Below are positions 1 through 12,623 of a stretch of DNA of 64,000 nucleotides, piece after piece (position 1 is the first letter of the stretch; each line of letters opens with the position of its first letter). The translations under genes were made by a program, and so were the position numbers. Location: assembly GCA_038087875.1 (NCBI GenBank), contig CM075994.1, positions 620,001 through 684,000 on the forward strand, read 5' to 3'. The notes beneath the pieces are model-generated. The model was given only the letters and a program-made list of their open reading frames with translations, searched no databases and was not told where the DNA came from. Source of the stretch: Malacoraja senta (lineage: Eukaryota).

Positions 1-743
1 TGAATGGCGGAGTATACTTGATGGGGCGATTGACCTACTTCTGCTCCTATCACTTATGAACCCATGACAAAAACCTGCAGGTCACAAGTCTGAAAGAAAA
101 ACAGATTATCGGGGCTGCATGAAAGGTCGATCCGCATCCGTGGAGAAAAAAAGCAGACTTACTGTGTAGGAATGAACTGCAGTTGCCGGTTTACACTGAA
201 GATTGACACAAAATGCTGGAAGAACTCTGCGGGACAGACAGCCTCTGGAGAGATGGAATGGGTGGCGTTTCGGGTCCAGACCCATCTTCAGAACTGCTTA
301 TAACGCAGAACAATACAGGGACAGGCTCCTCGGCCCATAAGATCCACGTCGAGCATGATGCTAAGTAATCTCCTAATCTAACTAGTCTCCTCTGACATAT
401 TATATCCCTCCGTGCTCTACATATCTATGTGCCCGTCTAAACGCTTCTTAAATGTCACTATCGTAGCCGTCTCCGTTACCCCGGCACCGCGTTTCAGCCT
501 CCCTCCACTCTGTGGAATAAAACCTTCCCCCCACACCTCCATTAAATTCTGCCCCTCTCACCGTAAAGCCGTCCACTCCAATCTTGAACATTTCCAAGCT
601 GTGAAAAAATATTCTACGTATCTTCCCTATCTATGCCTGTAATGAGTTTACAAACTTCTATCAGGTCTCCCCTCAATCTTCAACGCTCCAGAAAACAATC
701 CAAGCTTGCCCTCCCTTTCTTTATAGCTTTATACCTTTCTTTA

Positions 744-1166
744 GGTGGCGCAGCGGCAGAGTTGCTGCCTTACAGCGGCAGAGTTGCTGCCTTACATCGC
801 AAGAGACCCGGGTTCGATCCGGACCACAGGTGCTGTATCTACGTAGTTTGTACGTTCTCCCCGTGACCGCATGGGTTTTCTCCGATATCTTCGGTTTCCT
901 CCCAAGCTCCAAAGACGTACAGGTTTGTAGGTTAATTGACGGTATAATTGTAAATCGTCCCTAGTGTGTGTGATAGTTGTCAGTGTGTGTGTATGTGTGT
1001 GTGTGTGTGTATGTGTGTGTGTGGGGAGGAGGGGGGGGGACAACAACTGTATGGTAGTTGCCAGCAAAGATTATGGTTGCCAGTGTGCGATGATCGCTGG
1101 TCGGTGCAGACTCGGTGGGCTGAAGGGCCTGTTTCCGCACTGTATCTCTAAACTAAACTAAACTAA
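744..1166 (+). mobile_element. tRNA-derived V-SINE (HE1-like)
   Basis: A-box-like GGTGGCGCAGCGG, B-box GGTTCGATCC, V-domain (GTTTGTACGTTCTCCCCGTG...GGTTTCCTCCCA), CR1-like tail ending (AAACT)n; internal (TG)n at about 965-1022. Confidence 0.85.
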
Positions 1167-1629
1167 TACACATCACCTCATAAAAATAATGCAGTCGATA
1201 TCGACTGCAATCATTATCAACCTTTATTATATTGTCAACATATCTAGTTGGGTTTGTCAAATATGATAAAAGTTTCAGATTCGGTCAATGTGATTTGCCA
1301 GCATCTGCCATTTGTTTGTTCTTTCTTTTATTGTCTGTAATAAATATCTGTTCTGTTCTGTTCTGTTTTGGAGAGGGTGCAGAAGAGATTTACTAGAATG
1401 CTGTCTCCGTGATAGCATATTGGTTACAAGGAGAGGTTGAATATACTTGGACTGTTGGGTTTTCTGGAGCATCGGAAAGGCTGAGGGGAAACCTGACATG
1501 AGACGCATAAATAGGATAGACCATTAGAACCGCTTTCCCAGGGTGGAAATGAAAGAGGCTAGAGGGCACAGCTTTAAGGGGCAAATTACATTGCATACAG
1601 GGTGGATCACTGGATCACTGTTGGGGCTG

Positions 1630-2128
1630 GTTTAGTTTAGTTTAGAGATACAGCGCGAAAACAGGCCCATCGGCCCACCGAACCATAAGGTCGTAACGTC
1701 AAAAGTGATAGGAGTAGAATTAGGCCATTCAGCCCATCAAGTCTACTCCGCCATTCAACCATGGCTGATCTACCTCTACATCCTAACCCCATTCTCCTGC
1801 CTTCTCCTCATAACCTCTGACACCCGTACTAATCAAAACATCTATCTATCTCTTCCTTAAAACTATCGATTGATTTGGCCTCAACAGCCTTATGTCCGCA
1901 CCGACCAGCGATCCCATTAAGGACAATTTTATATTTACACCAAGCCAATTAACCCTACAAACAAATATGTTCGTCTTCGGAGTGTGGGAGGAAACCGAAT
2001 ATCTCGGGCAAAACCCACGCAGGTCTCGGGAGATCGTGCAAACGCTGTACAGACAGCATCCGTAGTCACGAACGAACCCGGCTCCCTGGCGCTGTGATTG
2101 CAGCAACTTTACCGCTGCGCCACCGTGC
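1630..2128 (-). mobile_element. HE1-like V-SINE interrupted by a CR1 3' fragment (~1683-1885)
   Basis: Reverse-complement SINE tail at 1630-1680 resumes near 1890 and runs to the tRNA-like head at ~2128. Confidence 0.75.
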
Positions 2129-2770
2129 GGGGTGGTGAAACCAGTTGTAATATGACATTTAAGAGACGATTAGTTAGGGATCTGGATATGCAGAGGATGG
2201 AGGGTCTTGGATCACATGCAGGCAGGACAAATTGGTTTAATATTTGCATCATGTTCGGCACGGTCGTTGTGGGCTAACGGGTCTATTCCTGTGTTTTACT
2301 TTTCTAAATCTGTATAAGCGATTCAGAGTTCACGGAAAACAGAGAGGCTTTTCAAGCACCTGTGCATGGATGACCTTCAATAATATCAAGGTTAGGCCCA
2401 TCCTTGTATTGTTTGTACCTTCTCCCTGTGACCCCACCCAACAGAAATCCATTGATTACATACTTGAACGGCCCAATGTTTAGTTTAGTTTAGTTTAGTC
2501 CAGTTTAGTATAGTTTAGTTTAGTTTAATTTAGATACATAGATACATAGAAAATAGGTGCAGGAGTAGGCCATTCGGCCCTTCGAGCCTGCACCGCCATT
2601 CAATATGATCATGGCTGATCATCCAACTCAGTATCCCGTACCTGCCTTCTCTCCATACCCCCTGATCCCCTTAGCCGCAAGGGCCACATCTAACTCCCTC
2701 TTAAATATAGCCAATGAACTGGCCTCAACTACCCTCTGTGGCAGAGAGTTCCAGAGATTCACTACTCTCT

Positions 2771-3430
2771 AGTTTAGTTTAGTTTAGAGATACAGCGCGG
2801 ATAGAGGCGCTTCGGCCCACCCAATGTGCACGGACCAGCCATAACCCGTAACACACTAGGGACATTTTATAATTAACAATTTACAATTGATCATATAATT
2901 ACCGTCGCCTCTGCCAAGCCCTGCCCTGGGAGCGGGGCAGCGACGGCCGGGGCGTTCCCTCCTGCAGGGTATAGCCACAGTGAAAGAGGCCCCTGATACA
3001 GAAACAGCACTGAATGAAATTGAGAAGCTGCTGAAGATTATAATTAACCTGCCCTGCAAAGTAAGTATCATTATAGAGTCATATCGCGTAATATCGAGTC
3101 GTATCATATCTAGTCACATCGAGTCATATCGAGTAATATATTGGGAAGTTATGTGGAGAAGGCAAGTGAAAATAGTGTTAGGAGGGAGAGATAGATCAGC
3201 CATTATTGAATAGCGGAGTGGACTTGATAGGCCGAATAGCCTAATTTTACTCCTATCACTTTTGATCTTTGTCTTTGGGATGTGAGAGGAAACCGGAGAT
3301 CCCGGAAAAATCCTACGCGGTCACTGGGAAAACGTATAAATGCCGCACAGACAGCACCCATAGTCAGGATCGAACCCGGGTCTCTGGCGCTGTGAGGCAG
3401 CAACTCTGCCGCAGCGCCACCGTGCCGCCC
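2771..3430 (-). mobile_element. HE1-like V-SINE split by a ~380 bp insert (PXDC1-like fragment, (ATCGAGTCAT)n, CR1 tail)
   Basis: SINE 3' half at 2771-2890; SINE 5' half with V-domain and head at 3268-3430. Confidence 0.75.
2903..3066 (+). pseudogene. PXDC1: Isolated PXDC1-like coding fragment ending in a splice donor
   Basis: 2968-3060 translates as GIATVKEAPDTETALNEIEKLLKIIINLPCK followed by GTAAGT, matching vertebrate PXDC1 [31 protein letters not shown] (recalled). Upstream RRLCQALPWER / SLLQ resembles the preceding PXDC1 residues across one frameshift. No other exons seen. Confidence 0.7.
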
Positions 3431-4809
3431 GGAACGTATCCAATGCTTTTTTAAAAAACATTTCTTGGGATCCTAGGGTAACAGATGCAGGAAAAATGTT
3501 CCCGATGTTGGGAGAGTCCAGAACCAGGGGTCACAGTTTAAGAATAGGGGGTAGGCCATTTAGGACCGAGATGGGGGGGAATCTGTGAAAACGCACACCT
3601 CTAGATTCAGGGTCAGTTTCTTTCCAGCTGTTATCAGGCACCTGAATTGTGCTTCCACAACCAGAGTGGAGTCCTGAACTACTATCTACCTCAGTGATGA
3701 TCCTCGGATTATCCTTGAACGGACTTTGCTGGCTTTGCTTTGCACTGGGCGTTATTTCCTTATCATGTATCGGTACACTGCACATGGCTCGATTGCAATA
3801 ATGTATAGTCTTTCCGCTGCCCGGATAGCACACAACAAACGTTTTTCCACTGTACCTCAGTAGACGTGACAATAAACTAAACTGTAACTGTAATATTCTT
3901 CATACCTCTGCCATGGAAAAGATTATGTACATTCACCCTACCTATGCCTCTCAAGATTTTATTCAACCTTGTAGGATCACCCCCCGGTCTTCTACGGTTC
4001 AAGGAATGATCGCACATCCTGCCCGATCTCTCCCTAAAATGTCGCAAATATTCCTGCACCGATCAGTCCCAGTTCCTCAAGACTCCAGGATCAAAATAAA
4101 TCAAGTAAATGAGAAAAGACCAAAGATTCTTGTTTTAACAGTTGATTCCGAGCCAGTCTAGAGCACCAGTTCGGAATCCAACTTCTTCAGGTCTTAACCA
4201 GAAACATCACATTTTCCTTTTCTCCAGAGATGCTGCCTGACCCGTTGAGTTACTCCAGCACTTTCTGTCTATCTTCGATTTAACCCGGCATCTACAGTGC
4301 CTTCCCACACAACAGAATCGAACTATGGTTTGCAAGTATTCAGTAAGGAACACGGCGTTGTGAAGTGGGTGAAAGTATACAAGTGGAAGTGGGAACGCGT
4401 GAGATTGCCTGACCCATAAAACACTGGTACATTAAACCCAGCCTGAAAAACACGGACAAGAACAACAACAGCCTGTCAGAACCGATGTGTGTAATGGGAA
4501 ATGGTTACTGAAATCCCCATTCGATTCAATGTGCGACCAACTCAGCAACACAAAAGAGATGGAAAATGAGAACTCACAGCTTAAAGTTAGTGGATAGTCT
4601 GATAGATGAATGTAAAGTTTCATTACATTAACACCAATTGCATCATCTGTTTGTTTAAAGTGCCATGACTAATGTTAGTCGTTAGACAAACTAATTGAAT
4701 CACTGGAGATTTACGTCGGGTACAAATATAGGATTGTATTCACGTTGCTTGATCTGACTGTGGATCTGAGCACCCGAGTCCAGCAACATCGAGTCCCTGG
4801 GAGAGAGAG

Positions 4810-4879
4810 ATGAGTAGACTAATCCTTGTACAGATTAAGGCCGTTTTCTACCCTGTTCTCGTGGCGTTCGGGGTTCCAG
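4810..4879 (+). CDS. Exon 1 of a class A GPCR (GPR139-like family of cartilaginous fishes), MSRLILVQIKAVFYPVLVAFGVP plus 1 nt
   Basis: ATG at 4810, 70 nt open frame, donor CAG|GTGAGT at 4880. Phase 1 joins the acceptor at 6633 to give ...FGVP-A-NLLTVAIV (TM1). The same exon is conserved at 21067-21136. Confidence 0.88.
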
Positions 4880-6633
4880 GTGAGTCGCGTTATCGCTAGT
4901 CAATGTGACTTCGTCTTTTGAGATTTCACCCTCTTGTTCATTCGCGGTCAATTTGTTTTAACAAGGTTTTTAACAGTCCCTGTAACTATGAGTTACTGAG
5001 CTGAGGGGAGTGTTCCAATCAGTGGTCAGAGTAAGAAAACGAGAACGGGTGTTAGAAGACAACTGTAATTAACTGGTTGTCGAGCTGTACATCCCGCCGT
5101 CCGCTGCTCCAACGCTCACTGGGTCTTGTTTTCTGACCAGTAAGGGAATGGGCCTCAGCGGGAAATACGCCGCCCCTCCCAGTCTCCCGCATTTCCCCTG
5201 ACAGTCAATGGTAAGCAAAAATAGAGAACAGTGAGCCTGATTTTCTTATCGAGATATCCAAGTCCGTAGACTGACTACCCAACCCTAACGGGTGTTTATT
5301 TACCTCTTTAAAACGTTCACAACACAACAAAATACTTTAAAGAGATACAAAGTGCTAGAGTAACAAGGAGGGTCAGGCAACATCTCAGGACAGCATTGAT
5401 AGGTGCCGTATAATGTCGGGACTCTTCTTCAGTCTCTGAGAGTCAGAGTCAGATTAAACGGCCATCTGCAGTTCCTTGTGTCTAGGTTCTTCCACAGCAA
5501 AATACGTGTTTAGTTCTCATCACTTCACGCCCTATGATTTCCTGCTATTAACATCCCCATAATTCTGATGGAAGCAACATTTTGTGCTCGGGTGTTCGTG
5601 GTGGCGGCTTCCAGCAGCTGCCGTGCGGGGACAGTTGAGAGAGATTTTATTTAACTACTGTATTAAGGTTGCAATTAAATGGAGAATTACCACAACAACA
5701 TTTAAAGGCCATTCGGACAGGTACGTGAATAGGAAATGTTTGGAGGGATATGGGCCAAACGCAGACAGGTGGAATTTGTGTAGATGGACAAATAGGACCG
5801 AAGGATCTGCTTCAGTGCTGTATGACTCTAAGACTTGTCACTGTCCACTGAAGTGGCTCCGTCAGCCATTCTTGTGTATTTGGCCAACAGCGGATAGACA
5901 ATGCATTCTAAGTTGTAGAAAGTGTCCACACAACATGTACACGGCGGCTTTAACCGAGATTTACACAATTTCCAATCAGCCACCTTCTCTCATGATTACT
6001 CCAACGACACCCCCTCCGGCTCATGTTATTTTTTATCCCATTGCAACAGTTCGGAACCACCGTGATGAAACAGGCACCAAATACCTTCAGAGAAAAACGA
6101 AACCAGCTGAAACGGGAGACAAGAAAAGAAAGTTAGCAACCCGTGTAACAGACTGAACAGATGATGTAGTCAATTGCAGTCCGATCAAGGTGAGACTGAT
6201 TCACCTCCTTCTCTGGCGGAAGTCGGTGAGTCTGAGGAGCTTTGCCACAGAAGGCTGTAGAGGTCGATTCAATAGATATTTTTAAGGCAGAGTAAGATAA
6301 ATTCTTGATTAGTACGGGTGTCAGGGGTGACGAGGAGAAAGCAGGAAAATTGGGTTAGGAGGGATAGATAGATCCGCCATCACTGATTGGCGTAACCGAA
6401 TGGCGTAATTCAGCTCCTATCACTTATGCCTGTCATACTTTATTTATTGTTTGTTGCATTTAATTGCCCACTCTGTCCTGGTGGGATTTAAACTCATCTA
6501 CCTGGACCAACCCTTCACTCTACTGAATATTACACCAATTGTAGACCAACACTTCACTTCGCTTTCTTCCTCGCCTGTCTCAACCCCTTGTTCAGATGAC
6601 CATGTTTCTCACTTTCCCATTTCTTCCTTGCAG

Positions 6634-7559
6634 CAAATTTACTGACGGTCGCGATTGTGATCCGGGGAAGGTGCGGACTCTCCAAATGCATCAGCCGCTA
6701 CCTGTTGTCCATGGCACTCGTCGACCTCATGGTCCTGATCGTTAACGTCACTCTCGAACTTATTACGCCCATGTACTTCCCAGGGTCATTCCTGGACATC
6801 ACATCAGTCTGCAGCCTCATCTTCTACCTGGGCGTGGTGGCCATTGATTGTTCTGTCTGGTTAACTGTTCTCTTCACCTTCGATAGGTTTATCGCTATTC
6901 GTTTCCAGAATTTTAAAGCGAAATACTGCACCGAGAAAATCGCGACTGTGATTATAACGTCAGTGTGCGTGATCAGCCTTGCACTGAACGTTGGTTTTTA
7001 CTTTATATTTGAACCGGCAAAAGTAATTGACAACATATCAATGTTCTGTGTTGTAAAATCCACCTTCTACAAATCGCCGCTCTGGGTGGCTTATTATTGG
7101 CTGCGGGTAGCATTAACCCCGTTGCTTCCGTTTGTGCTGATCGCGCTGCTCAACGCTCTGACCATCAGACACATCACCCGGGCCAGCAGAGTCAGGAGGG
7201 AACTCCGGGGCAGCGGGAAGGGCGAGAGTCACAGTGACCCCGAGATAGAAAACCGAAGGAAATCCATCGTTTTACTGCTCGCCATCTCGGGCAGCTTCAT
7301 CCTGCTGTGGGCGGTGAATGTGGTGCATAAAATCTGCATCAGTATCGCCGCTACTACTTCCTCCCTGAGACACATCACCGACACCCTCACAATCATTCGC
7401 ATGACGGGAATCATGCTGCAGTCTTTGAGCTCCTGCACCAACACGGTGATTTACGCAGTGGCGCAGACCAAGTTCAGAGCTGAGATGGTGAACCTGATTC
7501 AATTTCCCTTTGATCTGATGCAGACTATAATTAAACTCTGTGTGAAGAAATACATCTGA
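6634..7559 (+). CDS. Exon 2 of the GPR139-like 7TM receptor (spliced protein 331 aa)
   Basis: Polypyrimidine tract plus CAG acceptor at 6631-6633, then an open frame to TGA. Seven hydrophobic segments, TM2 LSMALVDL, TM3 TFDRF, ECL2 Cys, TM5 PLLP, TM7 NTVIY. The RGRCGLSKCISRYL and DPEIENRRKSIVLL motifs are typical of the elasmobranch GPR139-like expansion. Confidence 0.92.
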
Positions 7560-9527
7560 AATGTAACTCCTTAACGGGAAAAATCGCTCAGAGCTGCTTC
7601 TCGCTTCGGGGATGTAGACGTTGGAGGCACTGGCCAAACCGCGTTGCTGCTGTTTACGCATTATCTGCTCCGTTTCTGGAGCAGAAGGTTCCTCACTCTG
7701 GTACTGTGATCACATAGCTCTCCTCCCTCACCTCCACGCGGGGGGACCACATTCTCCACGTACCGTCCACATCTGAACTCCCCGGTTCATTTTCCCTTGA
7801 TCACCCCGAGCACTCAATCATTCCCGACGCCTTCCGGTCTTTAATCGTCTCTCTCGTGTCTCCCAGATTCCCCAAACCACCTTCCACCGATACAGTGCTC
7901 GCCTTGCCTGTTTTTAAAGAATCATTATTTCTCCTCGACAGCCGGGTAACAATGTAGAACTATATTCCCGTTCAGTCTACAGCTCTGAGCCCGATCACCC
8001 TGATTTAGACGCGATAATGTTGACACGGCGATCATGACAGGAGCCCCCTCGTGGCGATGCCTGGAAGCGACGACACGATGCACCCTGTGACGCGTCGGGC
8101 GAGAATTGTGTCAACATGTTGGACGACGACAGAAGCCAACAGCGATCTACATCGTCTGATACACGAACGAACGATTGTTGACACGAAGGACGGCAGAAGC
8201 CTGTTTACAAATAACTCACAAAGTGCTGGAGTAACTGGCAGCGTCGCTGGACAACACTCATAGACGACAATTCCGGCCGGGACCCTTCTACAAACTGGAT
8301 GTAGTCGGGGTGTGGGAGAAAATGAGGTGGGGCGAGATGGAGGCTGGCAAGTGATAGGTGGATACAGGCGTGGGGGGCTTTAGTTTGCAGACTGTTGGAC
8401 AAAGGCCAGTATTAGTTAAGGAGATAAGAATAGAAAAGCCGAGATATGTGAAGCTCGAGGAATGACTATCGGTGATAGGGACAGGGAGGGGGAGGGAGAA
8501 ATGTGTGAGCGTCCATTTGGAGTACTGGTCCAATATGTCTGCACAAAACGTCATAAGTGATAGGAATATCAAGTCTACTCCGCCATTCAATCATGGCTGA
8601 TCGTTCTCCCTCTCGTAACCCCATTCTTCTACCTTCTCCCCATAGCCCTTGACGCCCGTACTAATCGTGCATCTAGCTATCTCTGCCTTAAATATATAAA
8701 TTGACGTCCTCCACAGGGGCAAAATAATTCCACATTCACCTCCTTGTGACGAAACAAATTCCTTCTCATTTTCCCAACGGAACGACCTTTAATTCTCAGG
8801 CTCTGCTTTCTCGTCCGAGACTCTGCAACAAGTGAAAACATCCTCTCCGCATCCACTGTCCATTGAAATCAGCGGGTCGGATGCATCTGGGGTGGGAATG
8901 GACAGATGATGATTTATATGTCTGTACTCTCCTAGTGTCAGATGAGGAGTGAGGAGGAGGAGTGAAATGTAAAGCCGTAGGAAGGATATGGTTAGAAGGG
9001 AAGAGGTGGATCGGAAATGGGTTGGAGATCGGAGACACTGTGTGATTATCGACGATTGAATGCGTGTATTTAAGCTGGTGAGCAGTTCGGTACCGCACGG
9101 CTCTGCTCGGGGACCAGCCGTGTGCTTTTGTACAGAGATATATAAACCATGTGGATGTGAACGTTGGAGGCACGGATTGTTCGTTGGCCAAATGACAATA
9201 CTTATCAGTGTTGTCCAGGGTGGTGGGCACTGCCAAAGGACGCAATTGATCGGGTTAGTAAGATAGGTCGATGAATGGCGGATAGTAGTTCATACTGAAA
9301 ACTTAATTCATTTTGAGTACACAGATAGGTCGAGAATAAACACAATGCTTCGGCTAATCGTAGCAACTATTGGGGAGTAGAGGGACGTCTGCCTGCACGT
9401 CCATGGTCCCCTGAAAGCAGTAACGCCGGTAAATACGTTAGTAAAAAGCTTAACACGATGTTTCCCTTCATTAAAGGACATTAAGTGCTGGAGTAACTCA
9501 GCGGACCGGGCAGCATTCCTGGCGAGG

Positions 9528-11710
9528 GTTTTTTTTAAATTTTTTTTTTAAATTTTTATTTATTAGAAGTACATTACATTACAACCACATACATTAGTAC
9601 TCGTCACTTATATCTTCTTACAATTAATGTACTCCATTTATTTTTTACACTAGAAAAAGAAAAGATTGAAAGAAAGAAGAAAGTGAAGGAAAAAGTGAAA
9701 GTGTAGAAAATGTGACAACAAAAAAGGACGAAGACCCTATAAGAGCAAAATTAAAAAACAAAAGAAAAAGAGTTAAGAAATAGACCCTAGAAAAGAAAGA
9801 GAAAGAGAAAGAGGAAAAAGAGAGAAACAAATATTTTTATGAGCATTACGTAAATGGGACATACCAACTCTTCAACTAGCATCCCCCCTTACCGGACCTC
9901 AATTTTTTTTTAAAAGTACTTTTGCACCCTATATTTGTAATAATTCTATAAATGCAGACCACGTCAGGTGGAAGTGATCTGGTTTACCTGCTAGGAGGAG
10001 TCTTATCTCTTCTAGGTGTAATGTTTCGAACATATTTGAAGTCCACATATTTATAGTTGGTATTGGAGCCTTCTTCCAAAATTTTAGAATTAGATTTTTC
10101 CAGTTATTAACCCATAGTCCATTAGTTTCTTTTGAAACACATTTAGTTCTGGGCCATCTTCCGTTATTCCGAAGATAATCCATTCTGCTTTGGGTATCAG
10201 TCTTATTTTAAATAACTTTGTAAAGATTTCAAAAATTTCATTCCAAAATTTTTGAATTTTTGTACAGAAAACGAATGAGTGCGCTATAGTAGCTTCTTGG
10301 GATTGACATTTATCACAAATAGATGATACATTTGGGAACATTTTATGAATTTTAGTTTTCGAATAATATAATCTATGTAAAATTTTAAATTGTATTAAAG
10401 TGTGTCTTACATTAATCGAACATTTATGCACGTTTAATAAGTGTTCATTCCAACTTTCCTTTGAAATTTTAATAGCTAACTCTTGTTCCCAGTCTCTTCT
10501 GATACCCTCCGTAGATGGTATTTGTACATTTAAGATAATATTATACAAATATGATATTAAGTTTGCTGATTCAGCTTTTATCTGCATGGCCTCATCCAAT
10601 ACATCTACTGGGTTATTATAATGATCTTTTGTATATTTTTTCAAATAGTCGCATATTTGAAAATATTTAAAATATTGATTAATTCCGAGTTTATATTTTA
10701 TTTGTAATTGTTGAAATGAAAGTAATTTTCCAGTTTCATACAAGTCACCAAGCGTTTTAATTCCTAGTCTATCCCAATGTGTAAAAGCTTTATCTATAAT
10801 AGAGGGATTAAACGAAGGGTTATTAACTATAGGTAATAAAAGTGATAAATTTCTTAATTTTAAATTTTGTTTTATTTGTTTCCAAATTCGGATTGTACTA
10901 TGAATAATTGGGTTCTTATTATAATTTATGTTATTCAATTTCATTGGAGAAAGGAGGTTCGCTCCAATGTTTCCAGAGGAGCAATCCTCTTTCTCCATTA
11001 CAATCCAGTCCACTTGCTGGGCGGAGTTATCCATCAGTTGAATCATATTTTTAATATTTACTGACCAATAATAATACATAAAGTTAGGTAGTGCTAAACC
11101 CCCTAATACTTTAGGTTTATTCAGATGAGTTTTTTGTATTCTATGTGATTTATAGTCCCATATAAAATTAGTGATATCTGAGTCGAGTTTTTAAAAAAAC
11201 TTCTTTGGTAAGTATATAGGAATCGATTGAAATAGGTATAAAATTTGTGTTAGAAAGATCATTTTTATTGCTTTTATTCGGCCTATTAAAGACATCGGGA
11301 GCGTTTTCCAGAATTTAATTAGTGTGTTTAATTTATTAAGTAGGGGGTCAAAATTTGCCCTAAACATACCTTGATATGTTCTGGTAATTTCGATTCCCAA
11401 GTATTTAAATTTTTCTGTAGCGATTTTAAAAGGGAATTTTAAAAGATGTGTTGAATCTTTCGGTTTTATTGACATAATTTCACTTTTATTCCAATTTATT
11501 CTATATCCAGAAAAAGATCCAAAGTCTTCAATTAAATTTAATATATTTGGTATAGTGATTTGAGGTTTTGTAATGTACAGTAATATATCATCCGCGTATA
11601 AAGATATTTTATTATATGAGTCTTTAGTATTATATCCATGGATATCAGGGTGTATTCTAATTTTTTCTGCTAGCGGTTCAATAATGAGAGCAAACAGCTG
11701 TGGTGATAAT
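9528..11710 (-). mobile_element. 5'-truncated L1 LINE (RT C-terminus, CCHC zinc-finger region, 3' UTR, poly-A)
   Basis: Minus-strand ORFs with YLGI and CDKC...HSFVFC motifs; ISLYADDI read at ~11580-11610; poly-T with TTTATT on the + strand at 9528-9565; frameshifted. Confidence 0.92.
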
Positions 11711-12623
11711 GAAGTAAGGGTTAACTGTAAGAGAGGAGAGGCAGGACGCGGCGTGGCACAGGCGATGGAACTTTTTGATAGGGGGAATGTAGGAATGTTC
11801 GTTCATTCATCTGAGATAGAATTTTAGAAATGGAGTGCGATGTAAAAAATACGTTAAATTTCAGCAACTGGGGTACTATGTGTAATTCACGTCGCCACCT
11901 GAAGAAAGGACGTGATTATATTCGAGGGCCTGCAAAGAGATTGACCAGACTTTGCCTGGAAAGGAGCGTGTCAGGTAAAAGTGGCGAATTAATATGCTGG
12001 GTTTGTTTACATTGCAGCAGGGAAGGCTGAGTGAACTAGGAATGTCATATACAATATTATAAGGGCTACATACAGGACCGATAATGAGTTGCACACAGGA
12101 GAGCAATCTACAGCATGAGATACGTGTTGGGGAAATGGGATTTCAGGTATCTATTTATTCACTGGACTACGTGGCCTGAAGGGTTGTTGGTCACAGATAC
12201 TATTAAGATATTTTAGATTTTTGGGGGGATAAGCACTTGGAACGTCTCAGGACAGAAGGCCGGAAAATGGGAGTGATGTGGATAGGTGCTTGCTGGCAGA
12301 AGCAGCGCGAAGGGCCGAAGAACACGTTTCTTCTTGAATGATCCAATGACTGGGAGTAATTCTGAGGAACAAGGATTCCAGAAGCAGAATTACCCGTGTG
12401 AACTCCTAAATTATGTTTCCCAAATGAAAAGCAAGCACCAGTATAGTTACTACTTTGTGTTTAGTTAAACGGCGGGTTAACTGGCCCTTCAGCCCACCGA
12501 GTCCGCATGGACCAGCGATCCCCTCACATTAACACTGTGACAATTTACATTTATACAAAGCCAATAAAACCTACAAACCTTTAGGTCTTTGGAGTATGAT
12601 AGGAAACCGGAGCTCAGGGAGAA

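Larger units (their letters stand above)
3585..7560 (+). repeat. Segmental duplication unit A (GPCR and upstream flank), direct repeat of ~18420-23770
   Basis: Colinear matches in unique sequence: 3851-4000 with 19866-20020, 4340-5010 with 20565-21275, 5023-5300 with 22323-22605, 6400-7560 with 22612-23770. Confidence 0.9.

Noticed and set aside
744..830. tRNA gene (A and B boxes)
   Set aside because: It is a SINE head continuing into the V-domain and LINE-like tail; no full cloverleaf.
5584..6156. 190 aa ORF in the GPCR intron
   Set aside because: Non-ATG start, partly CR1 tail sequence, no recognisable domain, and absent from the paralogue.
6657..6659. ORF-track start of the GPCR
   Set aside because: It is a GTG inside TM1; the splice acceptor at 6633 and exon 1 supply the true N-terminus.
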